From NCBI GenBank assembly GCA_026936335.1, contig JAPMXV010000049.1:434001-498000 (forward strand): DNA of 64,000 nt. The letters are read 5' to 3'. A program made the translations under genes and the position numbers. This DNA comes from Mantamonas sphyraenae STR306 (Eukaryota > Protista > CRuMs). The first letter of the stretch is position 1. Every line of letters begins with the position of its first letter. Below, piece by piece: positions 54,799-64,000 of this stretch. The notes beneath the pieces were generated by a model. It saw only the letters and a list, made by a program, of their open reading frames with translations. It made no database searches and had not been told where the DNA came from.

Positions 54799-57778
54799 AT
54801 GACGGCACGCAGCAGATCCGACTCGCTGATGAATGCGTTGGCGCTGGAGCAGCCGAGCAGGAGCAAGAAGAAGCAGCCGTGGGAGACGGACCTGACTGAG
54901 GAGGACGACGGTGAGGAGGCGGGCCAGGGGTCGCACAAGCGGTACAATAGGCACCAACGCGTCGACTTGGGCCAGCTGGATCTGGCAGGAGTGATTCCAG
55001 GCTACGGCGAAACCGAGAAGGGCCGCAGCGAGGCCGGGAAGCAAGCGTACCGGGACGCCGAGGCGATAGAGACGGAGAGCCTGGCACGCGTTATTGACCA
55101 GGATCAGGAGAAGGACACAAGCGTGTCCAAGGGCGGCCTGCTGTCGTGGAAGGTATGTTTGTGCGGGGCAGAGTGCTAAAGCGCGCGTACGGGGTGCGGT
55201 GTGCCGGGAGCGAAGCCGCGCCAATGCGTTGAGGGAGGGCTTTTGCGCGTGGAAGCGGTTGTTGGGCGCCACCTGGTGAAGTAGGACACAACTGACACGC
55301 AAGCGGACGTGCATGTACATGATGCCACCCTGCAACGGCGGTGTGTATGGCACGTTCTGTGCGTGTACGCGGTTCAGCCACGGACGTTTCAAGGTCGAAG
55401 CCGCAAAGACGACGAGGAATTGGTCATCTCCGAACCGATTTCCACGACGACGCTCACCTTCAAGCGCAGATCCAACAGGCACTCGTTGAGCGACAGCAGA
55501 CTGCGCAAGCTCAACACACATCACGCCGACTCGATGATCGACCTGATGAGCCACACGAAGAAGCAAAATGGGCCCGAGGTGGTGTTGGAGGAAATCCCAG
55601 ACGTGAGTGTCGTGCTTGCCTGATTCCCGCGCGTTGTGTGAAGAGAGAGAGAGAGTGAAATCGTGGGAGAAACGGCAGAGCTCACAACGGACTAACATGT
55701 TGGCGTGGATGTGTTGTTGACGACACACACACACACAGAGCATCAAGCTGCTGAAGACGGGCGAACAGATCCCAGGCAAGATTGTCATCACCAACTATGC
55801 ACTTGCGTTCTACCCAGAAGTGGATATGTACATCGACAACAAGGGGCGCAAGCAACAGGTCGGGGATGAAGGCAGCGGTGTGGGAGGAGGCAGCACGGGA
55901 AACCGTTTCAACACGCTGAGCAGGTCGGGTTCAGGAGTGGGCTCCAGCAGGGGGAGCAGCAGCAGCAGGAGCCACACGAGCCAGGAAAGCGACGACGGAA
56001 GCACGCCGCAGGTGGTTGCAGATCCGTTGATTCCGCTGGGCAACATCGACCGGGTTGAGAAGCAGGGCGGCATGGTGAAGGACAGGGTGATTGAGATCCA
56101 GTGCAAGACCTTCCAGACGGTGCGATTCAACTTTGCAGGAAAAAGCAAGGTGCGCAATCAGGTGTACGATCTTCTGACGGCCAATGCGTTCCAGGACACG
56201 CTGAAGCTGTTTGCGTTCCAGAACGAGTGGCCCATCGACGACGAGCACCAAAACGGATGGTGTTTGTTCGACGTGCGTCGCGACCTGCGTCGTCAGGGCC
56301 TGGTGGTGGAAGACGACGCACCGCCGTCGGCGCTGTTGAGCACCGTGTTCTCGGAGGAGTTTGTGAGCAAGTCGATGCGCATCGGCGAATCGGCTCTGGC
56401 GCGACTGGCAGGGGAAGGAGGCAGCAGCAGTGGAAGCAGCAGCAGCAGCAGCAGTGGAAGTAGCAGTGGTGGTGGTGGAGGCAGCAGCAGTGGGGATGTG
56501 CAGGTGCCGGGATCGGACAAGTGGCGCGTGACGCGTCTGAACGAGTGGTATTATGAGTGCGACTCGTATCCACATCTGCTGTGTGTACCTGCGGCAATCA
56601 GCGACGAGGAGTTGAAGGCTGTGTTTCGGTTCCGCAGCAAGGGCCGCATTCCGGCGCTGTCGTGGATCCATCCACAGAACTCAGCTTCGCTGACTCGTTG
56701 CTCGCAGCCGCGTGTGGGATTGTCGCGCAAGCGGTGCACGGAGGACGAGGACATGTTCAAGGCCATCCTGAACGCAAACCCCAACTCGAACACCCTGTAT
56801 TTATTCGATGCGCGTCCCAAGGTCAACGCCAACGCAAACCAGCTGAAGGGCGCCGGTTTTGAGAACACAGACATTTACCAGAACTGCCAACTGGAATTTT
56901 GTGGCATCGAAAACATTCACGTGATGCGTGAGAGCTACAACAAGCTGCGTGACCTGTGCATGAACGTGCGCAACGAAAAGACCGAGTTTCTGTCGAAGCT
57001 GGAGAGCACGGGCTGGCTGATGCACGTGCGGCAGGTGCTGCTGGCCGTACGGGCCGTGGTGGAGCACCTGGACTTTGGCGACTCGGTGCTGATCCACTGC
57101 AGCGATGGATGGGACAGGACGTCGCAGATGAGCTCGCTGTCGATGCTGTGTCTGGACAAGTACTACCGCACCATCGAGGGATTTGCAGTGCTGATTGAGA
57201 AGGAGTGGCTGTCCTTTGGCCACAAATTCCAGCAGCGCAGTGGCCACGGTTCGGCAGACTCTACGGACAGCCAGCGCTCGCCGATTTTTGTCCAGTTCCT
57301 GGATGCGGCGTTCCAAATCATGGAGCAGTACTCGTGGGCGTTTGAGTTCAACACGAGCCTGCTGGTGTGCATTGGCAACCACTTGTACAGCTGCAGGTAT
57401 GGCACTTTCATGTACAACAACGAGGCCGATCGCTCGCGCAACGTTCTTTCGGACCGCACGGTGTCGCTGTGGACGTATGTTCTCGCCAACCAGGAGCAAT
57501 TTTTCAACCCCATGTACGATTCGCAGACAGAGGTGATTGCACCGCTGACTGGGGCGCATCGCATGAAGTTGTTTGAGGAGTTTTATCTGGAGAATGCAGA
57601 GCTGGACCCGGAGGATGTGCGCTTGGGCTTGCCGTCGGGCAAGTACGACGACATGCAGCACGAACAGGCACGCAAGCGTTTTGAGACACAGAGTGAGCAA
57701 GACCGCAAGCTGGATGAGATGGCCAAGCGGATTGCCGAGCAAGAGGCGTTGATTCGAAGGCTGCAAGGCGAGGAATGA
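54799..57778 (+). CDS. Myotubularin-family phosphoinositide 3-phosphatase (PH-GRAM + active PTP + coiled coil, ~872 aa); exons 54799-55152, 55378-55602, 55739-57778
   Basis: Catalytic VLIHCSDGWDRT, plus FRSKGRIPALSW, DARPKVNA, IENIHVMRES and EKEWLSFGHKF. Two phase-0 introns, with a branch-like ACTAAC at 55691. Confidence 0.93.
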
Positions 57779-57810
57779 GAGAGTTTGGATGGGGGAGGTG
57801 GCAGTCGCAA

Positions 57811-60800
57811 TCAATCTGAGGTTTCATCCGCGTCGTCATCGTTGTGCGCATTGGCGTTGGTGCGGCGTGTGTGTCTGCGTCCGCTCTCGATTTGGTGGAG
57901 TTTGCTTTGGAGCTCCGCAAAGGCGTCCGCCTGCTGAGCAGCCATGGCCACCTGACGTTGCTGTTCCAGCTGCAGCTCATTGACGCGCGCCTCGTACGAC
58001 GCAAGGATGTCTTCGTAGCGATTGCGCATGTCTGTCTGCAGGATGAGGCGAGATTCGCGCAGGCGGTTGATCTGTGTGGCGTACATGCGTTCCCGTTGCA
58101 TGGCAGCCTCCTCTTGTTGCCGAGTGCTGTGTGCATTCATCTCGTGGGCCTCGTTGAGCGTCTGCCGCAGCTGAACAATCTGCTGCTGGTCTTCTTCCTC
58201 CTTGAGCTGGGCCATCTGTCGTTCGAGCTGGACAATCTTGTTCAGGTCGGCCAGCTGCATCTCGTGCTTGGCATGCATGGCCTGCATCTGCGACAGCATG
58301 CGCTTGGCGTACTCTTGCTTGAGGAGTTCGACGGTTTCGCGAAAGAGGGTGTCGTTGGAGTGCTGGTGCGAGCTTTCGCTGCGTTCCAACTGTGCGTGCG
58401 CCAACTCCAGAGCCTGGATCTGTTCCACCAAACCCTGCACCTGTGCCTCTGCATGTGCAAACTCGTCCACGTGCACGTGCTCGTCCTGTGTACCGCCCAT
58501 GCCCCACGCGTCGTCGTTGGCCTCCTGCAGTTGTGCACGATTGATCCGCTGCTGCATGGCCGCACGGACTGTGTACACGCGCAAAGTGCACGCGCGTACC
58601 TGTTCGCCCATGACACTCCATCGTCGGTGTTCGTCGCGGTTGCGCCGCTGCCATTCGCGTTCCTTGCGAAGCGAGGCGTGTGCTTCGCGCAGCTGTTCCT
58701 CCATCACATCCAGTTTGCCCTGACTGACCTGATGCAGGGCTCGCTCGCGTGTCAACTCCTGTTCCAGCTCGTCTACAGTGCGTTGCATCGCACGCAATTC
58801 TTCGTTCTTGGTATTTACAGCGCCGCGCAAGCGGCCGACGCTCTTGCTCTTGTCCTCCAGTTCACGTCGCACCTGCTCGCTGGCCGCCCTGGCGTAGGCC
58901 AGCTCGTCTTCCAGCTCGCGCGCACGTCTCTGTCCACCTTGCACCTTGGATTCGCACAGCTCGTTGCGCAGCTCTTCGATGATGCCCAGATGTGTCGCCC
59001 GCTCGTTGGCCTGCTCCAATGCCGCCTCTCGTGCTTCCTGTTTGCACTGCTCCAGAGCCTCCTCCAACTCCAGTCCTCGCTGCTGGGCATCGACAAGCCG
59101 CTGCTTCAGGTCTGTGTTTGCACTGGCCTCGCCAGTGACCACCAGTGTTTCCAGTTTGTGCTGGGCCTCCAATTGCCGCTGCAACCTTCCACTCATCTGT
59201 GCAATCTTTCCCTGCGCCTGTGTACATTCTTTGCGCAGCATGTTGATTGTTTTGTCGTCTTGGGTGGCCTGTGCATTCAGGAGGCGCACACGCTCCTCGC
59301 TGCGTGCCAGTTGCTTCGCCAGCTCGTCTCGTTCCTGTGTGCGCGTCTTGAGCTCGCTGTGAAGGTGTTGTGTGCGCTCCTGCACTTGCAGCGATTCCAG
59401 TTGCCTGTGCATGCGTTCCTCGTCTACGTCAAAGACCATGGGTTCCAGGAGCGACTGTACGGTGTCCCTACTGCTAAGGCGTTGGCACTCTGTCTCAGCC
59501 TCTTGCTGCTGAGCTTGCATGGATTCCCACTCGGCCTCGCTGATGTTGGGTGTGGTGCCATGCAACACCTCTGCATGCTTGTTGTCCAGCTCCTCCAGGC
59601 GGCCCAGCCACGTTTCCAGCTGCTTCACCTTGCTGTCCAACACTTGCTCGTACCGATCCAGCTGTGTGTCCAGTCGCAACACGAGTCGGTTCTCTGTGGC
59701 TGCCTTTTGTTCCTGCAACAGTTGCTTGTGGAAGCGCAGGTCGGCGGCAACCTTTCTCACCTGTTCTTTCATGCTCAACACGCTCTGCCGCCTGTACGTC
59801 ACTGCGCTGGCAAACACAGGATCGTTCCATCTGTGCACGATGCGTTCTGACCCGGATGGCCGGGATGAGGATGAGGATGAAGATGAGGATGAGGATGAGG
59901 ATGAGGATGAGGATGAAGATGAGGATGAGGATGAGGATGAGGATGAGGATGATGTCGTTTCTGTTGTGTTGGCGCCGTAGTTATGGCCAATGGACACAGG
60001 TTTGCCCTCCAACCTCCGTTCGAGGTCGTTGAGAACCTGGTCGACGACGGTGAGGTATTCACGCTGCTCATGGACAGCCACAGGCGTTGTATCGTCCATG
60101 CCGTTGTCCGAGTGCACCATATCCATGCTCATATGCGTCATGGTCTGTGCAAACTCTTGGCTGTCGGTATTTCTGGTGCCATCCTTGTTCTGATTGTGTG
60201 CTGTTGCTCTCCCGTCGTCGGTGGTGCTGTCCCCAAGCAGCTTGTCGACTGGGCCGCCAATCGAGCCGCCAGCGCTCTCCAGCACGTCCCAGAATTCACG
60301 CTCCATTTTCCAGCGGCCATACGACGACCTGGCCCCGGTTTCACTATGCTGGCCATGCTGGTCGCTGCTGCGGTGGTGTTCGCTGCTGCTTTGGCCAGCC
60401 AGCGCGTTTGTGGAGCGTGCCGGGTGTTTGCTGCCGTCATGCGACGTGCTACGCGTCACTCCGCGTGTGTATGTGCCCGGTAGCCCACTTTCACTCGCGT
60501 GTGTCTCCTCTTCTTGGATGGGATGCAGTGTGCGCCTGCTGCTGGGCTTCTTCTTGGTTGTCGTGCGCGTCTTGCGGCGCGGTTTGGTGCCCAGTGGTGC
60601 TCTTCTGGCCGCGAACACGGCGTTTGTGGCCACTCATGTGTGAAGCAAGGCCCAGGACTCTTCCCGTGGCGCGCGTCCACTCGTCTTGCGCATCAAGTCC
60701 AGAAGGGGCGATCGTGCAGCAGCAGCCCGTTTCGTGTTTTGGCGCGTCTTCTTCTTCTTCTTCTTGGGTGTGCGCCTGCGAGGCTGAGGCGAGCTGGTGG

Positions 60801-60975
60801 CACTGGCATTGTCCCATGCCACCCGTTGCAAGTCTTCTTGCATGCTACGACGCATCGTCATGCCGTGGGGCGCGTGTGGCGACTCCCTTTCGTCGTGCTC
60901 GTTCTCGTCATCCTCGTCGTCCCACTGTTCCTCCTCGTCGTCCCACTGGTCGTGGTCCTCCTCGCCGTGTTGCAT
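57811..60975 (-). CDS. Hypothetical long coiled-coil protein; probable ATG at 60975 with an in-frame TGA at 60634-60636
   Basis: The 940 aa ORF (57811-60633) is directly in frame with an upstream ORF starting MQHGEEDHDQW. It has a poly-Ser tract and about 550 aa of heptads. Confidence 0.65.
59863..59953. repeat. (GATGAG)n hexanucleotide repeat encoding poly-Ser on the minus strand
   Basis: Near-perfect tandem array seen directly in the sequence. Confidence 0.9.
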
Positions 60976-61114
60976 CTTGCTGGTGCTGCTACTGCGTGTG
61001 CCAACCTCGGATGTCCAGTGTGGCGGATGCTCCCTTCCTTGGCACCGATGTTGTTGAAGTTTGGCTCTCGCGGCGCCGACACCGCCAACGCAACACAGGT
61101 GTACATTAGGATTC

Positions 61115-61765
61115 ATGGGCGGAAACACGTCGAAAGCAGGCGGCAAGACTCTGGCACAAGGATCGTCTGTACTTGCAGCGCAGCGGAATCGTGTGGCGGA
61201 GGGTTCAACCAAGCAGGTGGAGCAGCTGCAGGCGGAATCGGCCCGCAGCGCAAGCAACAGCGATGTGCAAACAGGAAGCACGATCCACGACAAGGACAGT
61301 GACTTTGTGGATGCCATCCGCACGATGCGTGGCAGCATCGAGTCGCGGAACGTGCTGTCGGGCACCGTGGAAGAGATGCAAACCGGACTTGCCACGCCGC
61401 TGCTCACGGGCGAGAGTGGCCAGATGCAGTTGACCATCAAGAGGGCGGGGAACAGGCCCCTGCCGCAAGCACGCGACTCTACTCCGGCCTCCTTTACAGA
61501 TACAGCCGACAAGGAGGAGGGCATGCTGCTCAACGAACAGATGCTCCACGTCTTTGCGCTCCGGCGCACAGACCCGGAACAATGGACAGCCGCTGCGCTC
61601 GCAGACAAGTTTGCTGTCGATGAGACCAAGCTTCAAAACCTTCTCAAGTACAACAACGACTTTGCGCTTGTGCAAAAGACGGACGGCACAGCTTACGGCT
61701 TCTGGAACACACCGGACCATGTGGAGACCACGACACAGAGCGAGCAAAGGGGATTGGGGTTTTGA
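61115..61765 (+). CDS. NDUFAF4: NDUFAF4-like complex I assembly factor (~216 aa)
   Basis: Myristoylation-type start MGGNTS, KDSDFVDAI, and C-terminal DPEQWTAAALADKFAVDETKLQNLLKY resembling NDUFAF4 PETWTAEKI...SLLKY. Confidence 0.65.
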   Translation: MGGNTSKAGGKTLAQGSSVLAAQRNRVAEGSTKQVEQLQAESARSASNSDVQTGSTIHDKDSDFVDAIRTMRGSIESRNVLSGTVEEMQTGLATPLLTGESGQMQLTIKRAGNRPLPQARDSTPASFTDTADKEEGMLLNEQMLHVFALRRTDPEQWTAAALADKFAVDETKLQNLLKYNNDFALVQKTDGTAYGFWNTPDHVETTTQSEQRGLGF

Positions 61766-61813
61766 TAGCGGGGGCTAGGGGGGGGGGGGTTGTTGCAATG
61801 ATGATCATTCACA

Positions 61814-63031
61814 TCACAACGGCTCCGTTTTTGCTCGCTTCAGCTGGCGACGAGGAGAAACACGAGGTGGTGAGTTGCTGCTGCTGCTACTGCTGCTGCT
61901 GCTCTCCTTCTTGCTCTCTTCGGTGTCCAGTGCGTCATAGTCGACATCGTCGTCCTCGTCGTCGTCCTCTTCGCCGTCATCGTCACCTTCCTCTTCCTCG
62001 TCCTTGATCCGCTTGCGTCCCTTTCCTTTGGACTTGCGTCGTGATGTAGGGAGTGATTGGGTGCGTTTGATGGCCGCCCCCCCAAGGGATCCGGCGGGAG
62101 TGCCGCTTTCGTACCAAATCCGCCTTTTGGCCTTGTCCATGAGCCAGGAACCCTTGGAGTACACCTGCAACCAGTGGTCAAACAGGCCTGGCTTGCTTCC
62201 GTGCAACAGAGACATCATCAGGGCCTCGTAGGGCACAGCAAAGCACAGCTCGAGGAAATCCGTGGTGTCAAAGCGAACCGTCTGAACAATGGCTTCGTTG
62301 GCTTCGTCGTCCACACTATCGTCGTCTCTTTTGTAGCCTGTGGCATATCCATCAATAGTGCCCAGATTTTGTGCGTCCACCTTTGCCTCGAGAGCGTCAA
62401 AGTGCGCCCTCATCTCTGAGATGTCGGGAACTTTGTCGTAGGCTTGCAGGACCTCGATGGTGGGAGTATATGGCGCAATACCTGCGCGATGGAGCACCTC
62501 GGCACGGATGTAGTTGCCCACGCCGTTGAATAGGCTCTGGTCGAGCATCACCTCGCAGACGGGCTGCTGCAGAACTCTCCGCTCTTCCGTCTTGGCGTCG
62601 AGCAGGTGTTGGACAAACTGTTCAAACTGGTGCACTGGGCACGGACTACGGTCTTCACTCCACGCGTCTGCATTGTCGACCTCCTCCCAGCGGCCAAATC
62701 GACGTGTGTCGACGTGTGCGAGGATGGCACCGTCTTCGCGTTCCAGCTGCAGGTGGGCATGCTTGTGCACATCCTCCGGATCCTTGTAGAAGCGCCATGT
62801 GCCACTCATACCCATTCCCATCAAAAGATGCTTGTTTGTTTCTCCCTTGGTCACAGGGAACATGGAGAGCATGAGCTGTTTGCCTCGACTCTTCGCGTCA
62901 ACCACAAACGGTGTGGCCACCTCCACATCGGCACACTTGTGCACAGCGCTCTTGGAGATGCGCACAAACGGTTTGTCAGCAGCAGCGTTGATGATGCGTG
63001 CCATCCAGGCAAGTTCCCCGAGTTCAGGCAT
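61814..63031 (-). CDS. NEIL1: NEIL1-like DNA glycosylase / AP lyase (Fpg/Nei family, ~405 aa)
   Basis: Catalytic N-terminus MPELGEL, RGKQL, GMSG, VDTRRFGRW, H2TH motif LDQSLFNGVGNYIRAEVL, and zincless-finger-like WLQVY...RRIWY. Confidence 0.88.
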   Translation of the reverse strand: MPELGELAWMARIINAAADKPFVRISKSAVHKCADVEVATPFVVDAKSRGKQLMLSMFPVTKGETNKHLLMGMGMSGTWRFYKDPEDVHKHAHLQLEREDGAILAHVDTRRFGRWEEVDNADAWSEDRSPCPVHQFEQFVQHLLDAKTEERRVLQQPVCEVMLDQSLFNGVGNYIRAEVLHRAGIAPYTPTIEVLQAYDKVPDISEMRAHFDALEAKVDAQNLGTIDGYATGYKRDDDSVDDEANEAIVQTVRFDTTDFLELCFAVPYEALMMSLLHGSKPGLFDHWLQVYSKGSWLMDKAKRRIWYESGTPAGSLGGAAIKRTQSLPTSRRKSKGKGRKRIKDEEEEGDDDGEEDDDEDDDVDYDALDTEESKKESSSSSSSSSNSPPRVSPRRQLKRAKTEPL

Positions 63032-63102
63032 GGTTGTGTGGGTCGTGGGAAGGGAGTGTGGCTGCGCTGGCGCATGCAGGGCAAAATATCGAGGGGCTGA
63101 GA

Positions 63103-64000
63103 ATGACCATTCAACGTGTGACGGTGAGCGACACGGAAAGTGGCATTCCACTGTTTGACCGCTCGTACCGCGTGTCGAACAAGTCTGCAGAGGCGACGGC
63201 GACACTCGTCAAGGCGCTGCAGCAGTTTGCCAGCACCATCGATGACGGCTCCGTACGCATGGTCACCTTTGGTGGACCGTCGTTCGAAGCGCGTCGCCAT
63301 CACCAGAAGAATCTGGGTGGTCTGCTGCGCACCAGCAACAAACCGGGCCGCAGTCCTCACCGCCGCTCGGGTTCATTATTGACACAGTCCCAACTGCAAC
63401 AGTACACGGACAAGGACGGTCGTATGTCCATGGTCTGCACCACATCCTCCAGTCACACCGTCTCGGTGTTTTTCAATCCCAGCAAGGTGTGTTTTGTGTC
63501 CTGTGTGGGCGTCCTCGTTGCTTGGCTCCCTCTCGCTTGCTTTCGCATCGCACTCTCTCTCGTTCACCTTGCCCATGGACCATCCTTCCCTTCCCCCCCA
63601 AACTGCTTATTGTTGTCGCCATCGCCACCTCACCCTTGCACTCACCCCACCCAATTCGCCTGGCGTCCCCATGTGCGGGGCTTTTGGACACAGGTGGAGA
63701 GCGAGCAGATGCAAGAGTTCAGCGACGGGGTGCACGCTGCGTTTGCCAGCGAGTTTGCAGAGCTGCTGGAAGAGATGACGACGCGGTGTGCAGGCGTGAA
63801 CCCAGACAAACCTGCGCCTGTGGAGTTGCAGGAGTGGATTGACGAAACCACGCGCAGCTTCGACAAAGAACTGGGCTCGCAGATCAAATCGGCGGGCATC
63901 ACCCTGAGCAAGGATCCCAAGGCCAGCACGTCGCAGTCCGAGGTGGTGCCGCTCATGGAGGCCGAAGAGTCAGAGTCCATTTCACGTGCAGACTCCATCA
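63103..64000 (+). CDS. Longin-fold-like protein, 3' truncated by the window end; exons 63103-63486, 63694->64000
   Basis: MTIQRVTVSDTESGIPLFDRSY...LVKALQQFASTI, then after a GTGTGT...CAG intron EQMQEFSDGVHAAFASEF, a longin-like secondary-structure pattern. The frame is open to the window end, so it is absent from the ORF track. Confidence 0.55.
   Translation, partial: MTIQRVTVSDTESGIPLFDRSYRVSNKSAEATATLVKALQQFASTIDDGSVRMVTFGGPSFEARRHHQKNLGGLLRTSNKPGRSPHRRSGSLLTQSQLQQYTDKDGRMSMVCTTSSSHTVSVFFNPSKVCFVSCVGVLVAWLPLACFRIALSLVHLAHGPSFPSPPNCLLLSPSPPHPCTHPTQFAWRPHVRGFWTQVESEQMQEFSDGVHAAFASEFAELLEEMTTRCAGVNPDKPAPVELQEWIDETTRSFDKELGSQIKSAGITLSKDPKASTSQSEVVPLMEAEESESISRADSI

Noticed and set aside
59863-59953. 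Short tandem arrays here and at 9931, ~16790 and ~46800 as CRISPR or functional repeats
   Set aside because: They are simple tri- or hexanucleotide microsatellites without spacers, mostly encoding poly-Ser/Asp or His-Gly tracts.
1-64000. Assigning a specific organism
   Set aside because: SH2 domains, a centriole protein and intron-poor GC-rich genes fit several flagellate lineages. A phylogeny of ACS, myotubularin or CEP162 would be needed.

Overview
Eukaryotic nuclear DNA from a GC-rich, very gene-dense unicellular eukaryote. CEP162 suggests it is flagellated, but the taxon cannot be fixed from this window. I find about 26 protein-coding genes with short GT-AG introns concentrated near 5' ends, and inferred CDS-to-CDS spacers of only about 17-150 nt. 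There are no rRNA, tRNA, CRISPR or transposon signals. Housekeeping genes include acetyl-CoA synthetase, TIM13, a choline transporter-like protein, MFSD5, CEP162, FKBP, myotubularin, NDUFAF4 and NEIL1. The standout is a 17 kb cluster (18271-35541) of three highly diverged ~940-950 aa paralogues with the architecture ubiquitin-like domain / CHAT (caspase-like) protease / STAND (NB-ARC-like) ATPase / Cbl-SHK-type EF-hand + SH2. These resemble NLR or apoptosome proteins whose sensor is an SH2 domain. Two copies keep the His-Cys dyad and a C-terminal HSxxY tail, and the third is a pseudoprotease. Between them lie a bacterial-type pseudaminic acid synthase (with an intron and a GNAT-like tail), a fungal-type AAA+ ATPase and a doubly degenerate RhoGAP-RasGAP. 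Other notable genes are an internally duplicated inositol 5-phosphatase head-to-head with a myotubularin, and a minimal FLASH-like protein. Several long genes carry single-base frameshifts that look like long-read assembly errors. All domain calls are motif recognition by eye, and no searches were run.
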